A DNA stretch of 64,000 bases from Dehalococcoidia bacterium (GCA_963662615.2 CAXXSR010000001.1:1792001-1856000); one strand, 5' to 3'; shown: positions 39,483 through 49,130, counted from the stretch's first letter. Notes: generated from the sequence alone by a model not told the origin. Made by a program: numbers and translations.

Positions 39483-40484
39483 CTAGTCGGCGCTGTCAGC
39501 GCCCACCGCTATCTGGAAGCCCTTTTCGTGCCGCCAGCAGCGGCGACCGTCCGCGGCGACGTACTGGTAGGCCGAGAGCGCGGCGATCGCGCCCTGCGAC
39601 GCCGCCGTCACCGTCTGTTTGAGCGGCCCCGAGCTATCGGTGAGATCGCCTGCGGCGAAGACGCCGTCCACGTTCGTCTTCATCAGCCGGTCAACGTGCA
39701 CCTCGTTCGTCTCAGGGTTGAGGTCAATGCCCAGCCGCTCGGCCAGAGCCACACGCGGATCTGCGCCGATCTCAATGAACACGCCGTCAACCCGCAGGAC
39801 GTCACGGTCGTCGTGCGGCGGACTGATCCGGATGGCGCTGAGTCCGGACTCCTCATCTCCGATCAGCTCCCTCACTTCGGTCCTGAAGAGCACACGGACG
39901 GCGCTTTCGTTCAGAAGGTCCACCAGCACGGGCTCCGGGCGGAAGAGCGTGGCGCCGCGATAGATCAGCAACACCTCCGACGCGTACTTGGCGTTCAGGA
40001 TCGCCCCCTCAACGGCCGCATTGCCGCCGCCCACCACGGCCACCACCCGATCGCGATAGAGGGGCGCATCACACGTGGAACAGTAAGAGACGCCCTTGCC
40101 CGTCCACTCTTCCTCGTGCGCCAGCCCCAGCTTCCGGCGCTCACGTCCGATCGCCAGGATCACCGCGCCCGATCTCACCGACGATCCGTCCGAGAGCTGC
40201 GAGTCAAAGCAGCGCTCGCCCGGCTCGATGGCGGTGACCATGGCATCGATGATCGGCACCCCGTACTTGTCCACCTGCTCCTTGAACTTGAGCATGAGAT
40301 CGAAGCCATCGATCTCGGGCTGGCCCGGGTAGTTCTCAATCGTGCCGCCAATGGCGGTCTCACCGCCGAAGCGATCGCCCACCACCACCGCCTCCAGTTG
40401 ATACCGAGCGGCGTACAGCGCCGCCGCGTAGGCCGCGGCGCCCTGGCCGGCAATGAGAACGTCTACGACGCCGTTCGCTGGCAT
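39483..40484 (-). CDS. trxB: thioredoxin reductase family protein
   Basis: IENYPG, GKGVSYCSTCDAP (CxxC), VVGGGNAA, DGVFIEIG, GVFAAGD. Confidence 0.88.
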   Translation of the reverse strand: MPANGVVDVLIAGQGAAAYAAALYAARYQLEAVVVGDRFGGETAIGGTIENYPGQPEIDGFDLMLKFKEQVDKYGVPIIDAMVTAIEPGERCFDSQLSDGSSVRSGAVILAIGRERRKLGLAHEEEWTGKGVSYCSTCDAPLYRDRVVAVVGGGNAAVEGAILNAKYASEVLLIYRGATLFRPEPVLVDLLNESAVRVLFRTEVRELIGDEESGLSAIRISPPHDDRDVLRVDGVFIEIGADPRVALAERLGIDLNPETNEVHVDRLMKTNVDGVFAAGDLTDSSGPLKQTVTAASQGAIAALSAYQYVAADGRRCWRHEKGFQIAVGADSAD

Positions 40485-40784
40485 GGGCTGACCTCCACTG
40501 CAAGGACATTGCTGACGGATCGGATCAAGCCTAGCGGCGGGCGCCGGCGATCACACCTCGAGATTGCCGAAGCGGACGGCGGCGTACACGCGCCCCGACG
40601 CCACCGGCGCCCCGCCGACACCTCTCCTGGCCCGGCATCTCACCGAATCATCCCGGCGCCGCCCAGCGCACGACCCGCAGGAAGGCGCTACACGAATCGC
40701 CGCCGAATCCTGCCTGCACCGGTCTCGACGATCATGGTGTGCAGGCATATACTCCACCACCGGACCCAAGGAGCCCCCAAAACC

Positions 40785-41366
40785 ATGCCGACCCCAAACG
40801 TCGATCCGAATCGTGTCATCCTCACCGGGGAGAACCCCTTCATTCGCTTGAGCGACGCCGACGACGGCCCCGTCACGACCGATGCCAGCTTCTGGCGCAT
40901 CCTCTTCTCGCCGGCCGGTCCCGGCCACGTCCTCTATCTCAAGAGCGAGCTCACGGGCGACCGCTGGCGCATCTACGCCGACAACATCGCCCTTGCTCGC
41001 TGGCTCCAGAACACCGTGCAGGGAGCACTGAGCCCTGAGACCGCCGACACCAGCGTCCCCGTCATGGACGCCGACTTTGGTCAGTCCGGCGACCTGCGCT
41101 CGTTCTGGACCGAGTCCGTCGTCTCGCCGGACGAGGAGCTGACCCTCACCTGGCACGACCTGGGCGATCCCCTCATGCTGCACGTCGCCAGCCATCAGGT
41201 CGCCACCGCCTACGGCGTCTGCACGCTCCTCATCCCCGCGCTCGGGGCACGTCTCACCGTGAACGGGGTGCAGGCCGACGGGCAGGCCTGGCCGCGGGAG
41301 CGCGAGGGCAGGCCCTTCAGCACCTGCTCTCTCGCCTTCTCCGAGAGTTGGACCGAGCCCAGGTAA
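40785..41366 (+). CDS. hypothetical protein (193 aa)
   Basis: AAGGAG RBS, TATACT -10-like box at 40748, strong GC3 bias; MPTPNVDPNRVILTGENPFIRL...AFSESWTEPR. Confidence 0.8.
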   Translation: MPTPNVDPNRVILTGENPFIRLSDADDGPVTTDASFWRILFSPAGPGHVLYLKSELTGDRWRIYADNIALARWLQNTVQGALSPETADTSVPVMDADFGQSGDLRSFWTESVVSPDEELTLTWHDLGDPLMLHVASHQVATAYGVCTLLIPALGARLTVNGVQADGQAWPREREGRPFSTCSLAFSESWTEPR

Positions 41367-41488
41367 ATGGATCGCCCCGGGGAACCCGACGCGACCGCTC
41401 GCCGCAGCGCCGGGCGCGCGCCTCCGCGCCAATGCGCCCCGCACCGCACGCACAGCGGCCATTAGAGAAACGGGCAAGGAGCCACACC

Positions 41489-42586
41489 ATGAAGATCACC
41501 GACGTCCGCATGGAGGTCTACAGTTGGCCGCGCGACAAGGCCATCACCAACGGCCTCTACACCTACACCCACGCCAGCATCCGCCCCGTGATCATTGACA
41601 CGGACGAAGGCGTCACCGGCATCGGCATCGCCGGCGGCGACCAGGTCTCTGCGCAGGTGACCGTCGCCATCGTTGACCACCTCAAGCCGCTCCTGATCGG
41701 CAAGGACCCCTTGGACAACGAGCGTCACTGGCACAACATGTGGCGCCCCAAGCTCGTAGGCCGACGCGGCATCACCACCCGCGTCCTCGGCGGCATCGAC
41801 ATGGCGCTCTGGGACATCAAGGGCAAGATCGCCGGCCTGCCCCTCTACAAGCTACTCGGCGGCTTCGACAACAAGATCGACACCTACGTCGCCGGCGGCT
41901 ACTACGAAGAGGGCAAGGGCCTCAAGGAGCTTGCCGCGGAGATGGAACACAACGTCAGCCTCGGGGTGCGCGCCGTCAAGATGAAGGTCGGCGCCGTCCC
42001 CATCAACGAGGACATCGAGCGCGTCCGCGTGGCGCGCGATGCCATCGGCCCCGACATCCGCCTCATGGTCGACGCCAATAACGCCTACCGGCATTACGAG
42101 GCGATCGAGTTCGCCCGCAAGGCCGAGAAGTACGAACTCTTCTGGTTCGAGGAGCCGGTCGAGCCGGACGACTACATCGGCCAGGCCGAGATCACCCACG
42201 CCACCAGCATCCCCATCGCCGCCGGCGAGAACGAGTACACCCGCTACGGCTTCCGTGACCTGATCAACCACCGCGCCGTGGACATCTTGCAGCCGGACGC
42301 CCTGGTGCTCGGCGGCGTCACCGAGTTCATGAAGGTCGCGGCGCTGGCGCAGGCCAACGACCTCGACATCGCCCCGCATGGCAAGCAGGAGGTCCACATC
42401 CACCTGGTCACTGCCATCCCCAACGGCCTCATCCTAGAGTACTACGCCGACACCTTCGACGCCATGTACGGCAACGTCTACAAAGACACGCTTCACATCA
42501 AGGACGGCTACGTCTACGCCCCGGACCGCCCGGGGTTGGGCCTGGAGTTGAACCGGGAGTTTCTGGCGCGCTACCGCATCGGCTGA
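41489..42586 (+). CDS. mandelate racemase/muconate lactonizing enzyme family protein
   Basis: TDEGVTGIG, IDMALWDIKGK, VKMKVG (KxK), MVDAN, WFEEP, AGENE, APHG. Confidence 0.93.
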   Translation: MKITDVRMEVYSWPRDKAITNGLYTYTHASIRPVIIDTDEGVTGIGIAGGDQVSAQVTVAIVDHLKPLLIGKDPLDNERHWHNMWRPKLVGRRGITTRVLGGIDMALWDIKGKIAGLPLYKLLGGFDNKIDTYVAGGYYEEGKGLKELAAEMEHNVSLGVRAVKMKVGAVPINEDIERVRVARDAIGPDIRLMVDANNAYRHYEAIEFARKAEKYELFWFEEPVEPDDYIGQAEITHATSIPIAAGENEYTRYGFRDLINHRAVDILQPDALVLGGVTEFMKVAALAQANDLDIAPHGKQEVHIHLVTAIPNGLILEYYADTFDAMYGNVYKDTLHIKDGYVYAPDRPGLGLELNREFLARYRIG

Positions 42587-42624
42587 CGATGCGGCCGCTC
42601 GCAAGCCCCCTATCCGCCGCGACT

Positions 42625-42693
42625 CCTACAGCCCTGCAAGACCCACAGCCCCAGAAGGCCCACAGCCCCTGGAAGGCCCACGGCCCCGAAAGG
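42625..42693. repeat. degenerate tandem 17-18-bp repeat CCCACAGCCCC..AAGG, 4 copies
   Basis: CCTACAGCCCTGCAAGA CCCACAGCCCCAGAAGG CCCACAGCCCCTGGAAGG CCCACGGCCCCGAAAGG just upstream of the HAD start. Confidence 0.65.
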
Positions 42694-42702
42694 AAAGCCC
42701 CC

Positions 42703-43416
42703 ATGCCCGCTCTCCCTCTCAAAGCCCTCGCCTTCGACATCTTCGGCACCGTCGTCGACTGGCGCACGAGCATCATCCGCGAAGGCCGCGCGCTCGGCGA
42801 AAACAAGGGCATCAACGCCGATTGGGAAGCGCTCGCCGACGCCTGGCGGGGCAAGTACCAGCCCGCCATGGAGCGCGTGCGGCGCGGAGAGCGTCCCTGG
42901 GCCAAGCTCGACGTGCTCCACCGCGAGGGCCTCGACGAGCTGCTCGTCCAGTTCGGCATCACTGGCTTGAGCGAAGAGGAGATCGCCGATTTCAACCGCG
43001 CTTGGCACCGCCTCGACCCCTGGCCGGACACCGTCGCCGGCTTGACCCGCCTGCGAAAAAAGTTCCTCCTCGCCACGCTCTCCAACGGCAACGTCGCCCT
43101 GCTCGTCAACATGGCCAAGCACGCCGGCCTGCCCTGGGATGCGATCCTCGGGGCCGAGGTGGCGCGGCACTACAAGCCCCAGCCTGAAGCCTATCTGGTG
43201 ACGGCCGAGCTGCTCGACTGCGCGCCTGAGCAATGCCTGCTGGTCGCCGCCCACAACAAGGATCTCGTCACCGGCGCACGCCTGGGCATGAAGACGGCGT
43301 TCGTCGCGCGCCCGTCCGAGTACGGTCCCCATCAAAGCCAGGACTTCAAAGCCGAGCACGACTTCGACTACGTCGCCAAGGACTTCCTGGACCTGGCGGA
43401 CCAGCTCGGCTGTTGA
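42703..43416 (+). CDS. haloacid dehalogenase type II
   Basis: FDIFGTVVDW, WHRLDPWPD, TLSNGN, YKP, VAAHNKDL. Confidence 0.92.
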   Translation: MPALPLKALAFDIFGTVVDWRTSIIREGRALGENKGINADWEALADAWRGKYQPAMERVRRGERPWAKLDVLHREGLDELLVQFGITGLSEEEIADFNRAWHRLDPWPDTVAGLTRLRKKFLLATLSNGNVALLVNMAKHAGLPWDAILGAEVARHYKPQPEAYLVTAELLDCAPEQCLLVAAHNKDLVTGARLGMKTAFVARPSEYGPHQSQDFKAEHDFDYVAKDFLDLADQLGC

Positions 43417-43524
43417 GCGGGACCAGCGCTTCTTGCGGCGTCCCCACGACCAAGGCTCGATCGACAGCACTATCGGAGGAACTGCTACAAAGACTGGGGG
43501 CAGCTCTTTCGGGCCACCAGTCGC

Positions 43525-44337
43525 TCAGAGCGCGACGAACGCGGTCCGCGCTGCCACGGCCAAGATGCCGATCGCGAGTGCGCGTGTGAGCAGCCCGGCG
43601 CCGAGGCGGCGCTGCAGTCGCGGGGCGAACCGGCTCGCCACGATCACGCCAATGGCGAGGGCGGGGACGTCCTCGAGAGGGGTATCGGCGTGGCCGGCGA
43701 CCCCTTGGAAGATCACCACGGCCGCAGCCAGCGTGGCGATGACGAAGTGGGTGGCGGGCACTGCGAGCGCATGCGGCATGCGGCCGACGTGCGTGTTGAT
43801 GGGCGTGAAGATCAAGCCGCCGCCGATCCCGGCGAGGGCCGAGACAAACGCCGCCACGGCTGAGATGGTGAGTGCGCGGCGCAGCGGGACGCGGTACATC
43901 CAGACGCGGCCCTCGCCATCGCGAAAGCGCCGCCGCCAGCCCGGGGAGCCGGGAGTGCCGACCGCTGGGTGGGGTCGGATGACGAGGAAGGCCCCGACCA
44001 CGAAGAGCAGGCTCGCGAAGACCACCGCGAAGGTAGCGCGGGGCAGGATGGTCGTCACCGTCGCCCCGGCGAGGGCGGCCGGGACTGTAACGGCGACCAG
44101 CAGCACGCAAACGGGGAGATCGATGCGTCGTCCGCGAAGCGCGCTCCCTGTCGCCAGGCCGCTCGACAGCGCCACGACGAGGAGGGCGGCCATCGTGACC
44201 TCGGCCGGGAGGGCGCCTTCGTGGCGGAGGAGAAGCAGCGGCGTCAGCAGGAAGCCGCCGCCCGCGCCGACGACCGTCGCGTAGAGCCCGATGGCCGCGC
44301 CGGCGCCGATCAACGCCAGGAACTCGACTACAGACAT
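43525..44337 (-). CDS. sulfite exporter TauE/SafE family membrane protein
   Basis: Two GxGGG motifs (VGAGGGFLLTP, AGIGGGLIFTP) and multiple transmembrane helices. Confidence 0.88.
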   Translation of the reverse strand: MSVVEFLALIGAGAAIGLYATVVGAGGGFLLTPLLLLRHEGALPAEVTMAALLVVALSSGLATGSALRGRRIDLPVCVLLVAVTVPAALAGATVTTILPRATFAVVFASLLFVVGAFLVIRPHPAVGTPGSPGWRRRFRDGEGRVWMYRVPLRRALTISAVAAFVSALAGIGGGLIFTPINTHVGRMPHALAVPATHFVIATLAAAVVIFQGVAGHADTPLEDVPALAIGVIVASRFAPRLQRRLGAGLLTRALAIGILAVAARTAFVAL

Positions 44338-44526
44338 CAGCGCGCCCTGCGCGTCGGTCGAGCGGTGCGAATGCGGGCCCTCGCAAACCGTCGCGATAGA
44401 CGACGCGTCACCTCGGTCGGGCGGCTTGTCGCATGCCGATGAGGCCGAGACGGCACGACGCGCTGGTCCGAAGTCTAGCCGACCGCGGAAACGGCCGCGG
44501 CCGTGACGGCGCCGCGACGTCGCCCA

Positions 44527-44656
44527 GCGCCCGTCCGCGTACGGCCCGCATCAGAGCCGGGACCTCGAGGCTGAGCACGACTTCGACTACGTAGCCAAGG
44601 ACTTCCTGGACCTGGCGGGGCAGCTCGGCTGTTGAGCGGGACCAGCGCTTCCTGCG
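44527..44656 (+). pseudogene. duplicated 3' end of the HAD gene (130-bp direct repeat of 43308-43437)
   Basis: Translates RPSAYGPHQSRDLEAEHDFDYVAKDFLDLAGQLGC* versus RPSEYGPHQSQDFKAEHDFDYVAKDFLDLADQLGC*; 13 mismatches in 130 nt by manual alignment. Confidence 0.88.
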
Positions 44657-44739
44657 CTCAACCGCTCCCTCCACCTCCGCTGGGAGCGGCGCCGCAAGCG
44701 GGTGCAGGCGCGCGTCTGCACCGAGCAGCCCCGACCGAC

Positions 44740-45534
44740 TCAGTCCATCTCAATGCCGCCGTCAACGTTGAGCGACTGGCCCGTGATGTTCCGCGCGTCC
44801 TCCGAGGCCAAGAACGCCACCGCCCGGCCCACATCCTGCGGCGTCTGCTCTCGTCCCAGGGGGGCGTCACGCTCCAGCATCATCTCGAACGTCCGCCGTC
44901 GCTCCACCACTTCCGGCGTGTCGTCCCCTGCCGCCATCGCTTCAAGCTGCCGCCACATGTTCGTCCACAGCCGGCCCGGGCAGACGGCGTTCACGTTGAC
45001 GTTCGAGCGCGCCAGGTCCAGCGCCATCGACTGCGTCAAGCTGATCGCCCCCGCTTTCGAAGCGGCGTAATGAGGAATGTCCGCCCGCCCGTGCCGCCCG
45101 GCGATGGAGGCGATGTTCACGATCTTGCCGCTCTCGTTGGCCCGGAAGTGCGGCACCAGAGCGCTGCTCATCGTCCACATCCCCTTGAGGTTGACCTCGT
45201 AGCACATGTCGAAGTCCGACGGCATGATTGCGTCGCCGCCGTAGTGCTGCCCCAGCACACCGGCGTTGTTCACCAGGATGTCCACCCGTCCCCGCTGGGC
45301 GATCGCCTGCTCCACGCCGGCCCGGACCGACTCGGCGTCCGTCACATCCACCTCCACCACGCTGCACTGCCGGCCCATGTCGCGCACTTCCGCCGCCGTC
45401 TTCGTCGCGCTCTCCTGATCGATGTCGGCGATGACGATGTCCGCCCCTTCCTTCGCCAGCTCCAGCACGATCCCCCGGCCGATCCCGCGCCCGCCGCCCG
45501 TCACCATCGCCGTCTTGCCCTCAACTCGCCCCAT
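44740..45534 (-). CDS. short-chain dehydrogenase/reductase
   Basis: TGGGRGIG, NNAG, YAASK, VNAVCPG, NVDGG. Confidence 0.93.
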   Translation of the reverse strand: MGRVEGKTAMVTGGGRGIGRGIVLELAKEGADIVIADIDQESATKTAAEVRDMGRQCSVVEVDVTDAESVRAGVEQAIAQRGRVDILVNNAGVLGQHYGGDAIMPSDFDMCYEVNLKGMWTMSSALVPHFRANESGKIVNIASIAGRHGRADIPHYAASKAGAISLTQSMALDLARSNVNVNAVCPGRLWTNMWRQLEAMAAGDDTPEVVERRRTFEMMLERDAPLGREQTPQDVGRAVAFLASEDARNITGQSLNVDGGIEMD

Positions 45535-45583
45535 CACCGCCCTCCTCACCCGTTCTCACTAGCCGTCGCGCTCCCCGGCCACC

Positions 45584-45612
45584 GCTCGTGGTGAGCCTGT
45601 CGAACCACGAGC
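45584..45612. repeat. REP-like palindrome with TGAGCCTGTCGAA core
   Basis: GCTCGTGGT-GAGCCTGTCGA-ACCACGAGC hairpin with a 9-bp stem. The core resembles a widespread intergenic palindromic repeat; single copy in this window. Confidence 0.55.
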
Positions 45613-45773
45613 CCTGCGAGCTGGCCGCTGAAAGGATAGTCGCCCGCGGAAATCGCCGGAAGGAGCTGCGCCCGTCGTCTCTTGCGGGACGACGGCCGGG
45701 CGCCCTCTCCGCCATCGACGTCCGCCGTCGTCGTGCCTGCCCGGCCACCGAACGACGCTCCGGGCTCACTGGC

Positions 45774-46289
45774 CTACCGGTAGTTCGCGCTGCTGACCAA
45801 CACGAACGCCATCACGCACGGCTGGTCTGAGCGGCTGCGCCAGGCGTGCCGCGTCGCGCGCTGCACCACCACGTCGCCGGCGCTCAGATGCACCTCCCCT
45901 TCGTCCAGCTCCAAGTCGATCTCCCCGGACAGGACGATGCCGTAGTCAATCGTGCGGGTCGTGTGCATGCCCGGCTCGTCTTCCTCCATCGCGTCGCCGG
46001 TGTCGAAGCGCGCGGCTAAGGCGGCCAAGCTCTCACTGGCGACCTGCGCGCTGCCCGGACGAAACGTGAGGACGCGCACGACCGACCCCTCCGCGGGCGG
46101 TTCCAGGTGGAACGTCTCCACGTCCACGGGGTCCCGCTTCGCTTGCGGGTCCGGACTGGCCGGATCGTCCACCCAGATCTCGTCGATCACCCGGACCCCC
46201 ATGTCGAGGTGACCGGGAGTGGGACCATCATGCACGAAATAGGACTTGCCCTCTGCGTTGATACCGGTGACGACCCGTCGCCTGACCAT
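45774..46289 (-). CDS. cupin domain protein
   Basis: RRVVTG, MHTTRTIDYGIVLSGE, GDVVVQRATRHAW. Confidence 0.9.
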   Translation of the reverse strand: MVRRRVVTGINAEGKSYFVHDGPTPGHLDMGVRVIDEIWVDDPASPDPQAKRDPVDVETFHLEPPAEGSVVRVLTFRPGSAQVASESLAALAARFDTGDAMEEDEPGMHTTRTIDYGIVLSGEIDLELDEGEVHLSAGDVVVQRATRHAWRSRSDQPCVMAFVLVSSANYR

Positions 46290-46338
46290 CCTGCTGCTCC
46301 TCTCTTCAACGCCCCGCGGGAGCGGGAACGCCTAGCGG

Positions 46339-47508
46339 CTACTGATCGACGACCGCGCCGTCGACCCCTAAGCGCGTGACAACCTCCCGAGGCGTAAACG
46401 TCCCGCTCGCCCTGTCATCTCCGTCGCGCGCTGCCTTCGCGGCTTCCGGTCGCAGCTCCACGCCGATCCCCGGCGCATCGGGCAGGAGCAGGAAGCCCTC
46501 GCCGTCGTGTTCGGGAGCCCCGGCGATGATCTCGCTCTTGGGCGGCTCATGCTCTCCCAGCGGATACTCCTGCAGGGCGAAATTGGGGACGCACGCGGCT
46601 ATCTGAAGACAGGCCGCCGTGCTGACCGGGCTCAGCGGGTTATGCGGCACCACTCCAGCGTGGTGTGCCTCCGCCAGCGTGGCCACCTTCTTCGCCCCCG
46701 TGATGCCGCCCACCATGCAGACGTCCGGCCGCACGTATTGCACGGCGTCGCGGCGCAGCAGCATTTCAAACTCCCACATGGACGTGAACCGCTCCCCGGT
46801 CGCAATCGGGATGTTGATCTTGTTGGCCACGTACACCATCTCGTCGAAGTTGTCGGGCGTAACCGGATCCTCAAAGAAGAAGGGGTGGTATTGCTCTATG
46901 CCGCGGCCCAGCTGCACTGCCTCTGTCGGCGTCAGTCGCCGGTGGATCTCGATGCAGAGATCGACCTCGTCGCCCACCGCCTCCCGGTAGCGACGCACCG
47001 CGTCGATCGCGTCGCCGATCTTCGCGGCATGCGTCTTGAAGTACGGCACCTCGCGCGGCTCGTCCAGGAACGGCGTCAGGTGGCCCACGGCGGTAAAGCC
47101 GTCTCGTTTCGCCGCCACGACGCCGTCCACAATCTCCTCGACCGTCTGGCCGAAGACGTGGTAATAGACACGCGCCCGGTCACGCACGCGCCCGCCCAGC
47201 AGCGCATAGACCGGTACGCCGAAGTGCTTTCCGGCAATGTCCCACAGCGCGATGTCGATCGCGCTGAGGGCGCCCATGATCGCCGAGCCACGGAAGTGGC
47301 TGTACCGGTACATGTACTGCCAATGGTGCTCAATGCGAAGCGGGTCGCACCCCACGAGGTACCGCGCGAACTTCTCCACCGCCGCCTGCGAGGCTTCCAG
47401 GTAGCCCCACGTGCCGGACTCCCCCAGGCCGGTGATCCCCGCGTCCGTGCTGACCTCGACGAACAGGTAGCGACCGATCAACAGCGGCTCCACCTTGGTA
47501 ATCTCCAC
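46339..47508 (-). CDS. galactonate dehydratase-like enolase superfamily enzyme
   Basis: TDAGITGLGE, IDIALWDIAGK, IEIHRR, FFEDP, ATGER, PHNP; GTG start 47508 after GAGGGG. Confidence 0.9.
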   Translation of the reverse strand: MEITKVEPLLIGRYLFVEVSTDAGITGLGESGTWGYLEASQAAVEKFARYLVGCDPLRIEHHWQYMYRYSHFRGSAIMGALSAIDIALWDIAGKHFGVPVYALLGGRVRDRARVYYHVFGQTVEEIVDGVVAAKRDGFTAVGHLTPFLDEPREVPYFKTHAAKIGDAIDAVRRYREAVGDEVDLCIEIHRRLTPTEAVQLGRGIEQYHPFFFEDPVTPDNFDEMVYVANKINIPIATGERFTSMWEFEMLLRRDAVQYVRPDVCMVGGITGAKKVATLAEAHHAGVVPHNPLSPVSTAACLQIAACVPNFALQEYPLGEHEPPKSEIIAGAPEHDGEGFLLLPDAPGIGVELRPEAAKAARDGDDRASGTFTPREVVTRLGVDGAVVDQ

Positions 47509-47811
47509 GCATCGCCCCTCTCCCGCGGCCCTCTTCGGGCACAATGACTCGATCCGTGTCCCTTCGCCCGCGTTCAGCAGGCGCTTCTCGCTGTCGCTCA
47601 GTGAGGCGCACCGCGAGGCACACCGCGCCACCGGCGCGTCTCACCATGACCTCGTCATGCTACCTCCACGCCCGCGCCGGACCCCAGCTGCCCCTGCACC
47701 GCGACCGCCGACCTTTTGGCGTCCCCGCAGAGCACCCTGATGGCGGGGCAGACGCGCATCGGCGGCGCGGCTATCTTCAACCACGGCGATCGTGCGCTGA
47801 GGGAGCGTGCC

Positions 47812-48888
47812 ATGCATATCGGGCTGATGATGGAATGCGAGGTCCGCACCGGCCGCACGCAGTCCGCTGCTTTCCAGGACGCCTTCGACCTCGCCGCGAC
47901 GGCGGAGGCGCTCGGCTTCGACGCCGTCTGGCTGGCTGAGCACCACTTCGCGCCGCCCGGCCCCGACGCCACGACCCAGGTCAGATCCGTGGTCGCGGCT
48001 CCGCTCCTGCTCGCCGCGGCCATCGCCCATCGCACCGATCGCATCCGCGTCGGCACCGCCGTGCTGGTGCTGCCGCTGGGCCATCCCGTCCGCCTGGCGG
48101 AGGAAGTCGCCACCCTCGATCACGTCACCGGCGGACGCTTCGAGTTGGGCGTCGGGCGCAGCGGCTTGCCGGGCGCCTACGAGGGCTACGGCATCCCCTA
48201 CGACGAAAGCCGCGAGCGCTTTCTGGAGTACCTGGACGTGATGCGGCGCGCCTGGACGGAAGAGAGCCTCACCTTCCGTGGACGCTACTACCAGGTCGAT
48301 GACCTGACCATCAGCCCCAAGCCGTTCCAGCTCCCGCATCCGCCGCTCCGCGCCGCCGCCTCCCAGCCCGAGACCTACCCGTTGATGGGCACGCTGGGGC
48401 TGCCCATCTTCGCCGGGCTCCGCGGCATGGCCGCCCCCGAGCTGGCGCCCGCCATCCGCGCCTATCGCGACGCCTGGCGAGCGGCCGGCCACGACGGCCA
48501 CGGCGACGTCTACCTGCGCATCCCCGTCTACGTTGCCGACGACGCGACGCGCGCGCACGCCGACCCGGAAGCCAGCACCCTCCAGGCCTATGCCCGCTTG
48601 CGCCGCTCCTTCGCCGGCTCCGTCGACGCCGAGGGCGCGGGCGCGCAGGAGCGGCGATCGGCGGTGGCCCAGAGCCTCTCCAACGCCACCTACGACGAGC
48701 TCCTGCGCGACCGCTTGGCCTACGGCACTCCTAATCAGGTCGCCCGGCGACTCCGGAGCCTGCGCGACTCCCTGGGCCTGTCCGGCCTGATCATGGAGCC
48801 GAACGCGGGCGGCGGCATCGCGCCGGATCGCGTGCAGCGCTCCATCCGCCTGTTCGCCCGCGAGGTCGCGCCCGCGCTGCGGCCCTGA
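47812..48888 (+). CDS. LLM class flavin-dependent oxidoreductase
   Basis: GFDAVWLAEHHF, IRVGTAV..LP, PVRLAEEVATLD, GRFELGVGRS, PKPFQLPHPP. Confidence 0.93.
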   Translation: MHIGLMMECEVRTGRTQSAAFQDAFDLAATAEALGFDAVWLAEHHFAPPGPDATTQVRSVVAAPLLLAAAIAHRTDRIRVGTAVLVLPLGHPVRLAEEVATLDHVTGGRFELGVGRSGLPGAYEGYGIPYDESRERFLEYLDVMRRAWTEESLTFRGRYYQVDDLTISPKPFQLPHPPLRAAASQPETYPLMGTLGLPIFAGLRGMAAPELAPAIRAYRDAWRAAGHDGHGDVYLRIPVYVADDATRAHADPEASTLQAYARLRRSFAGSVDAEGAGAQERRSAVAQSLSNATYDELLRDRLAYGTPNQVARRLRSLRDSLGLSGLIMEPNAGGGIAPDRVQRSIRLFAREVAPALRP

Positions 48889-49015
48889 AGCGCTTCCACT
48901 CCCGCTCCCCGGCTCCTTCGATGGCGACACCGCTTGTGCAGGGGCGGAGCGCCTCGAGGGGATTCGGATTCCGGACCGAGGAGGAGGATGCCGCAGCAGC
49001 GCTCGCGCACTAGAC

Positions 49016-49130
49016 TGGCCCCAGCCGATGGCCCCAGCCGATGGCCCCAGCCGATGGCCCCAGCCGATGGCCCCAGCCGATGGCCCCAGCCGATGGCCCC
49101 AGCCGATGGCCCCAGCCGATGGCCCCAGCC
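49016..49130. repeat. perfect tandem repeat TGGCCCCAGCCGA (13 bp), 8 full copies + 11-nt partial
   Basis: Read directly from the sequence; no spacers. Confidence 0.97.

Noticed and set aside
49016-49130. CRISPR array
   Set aside because: Contiguous 13-bp units with no spacers, and no cas genes.
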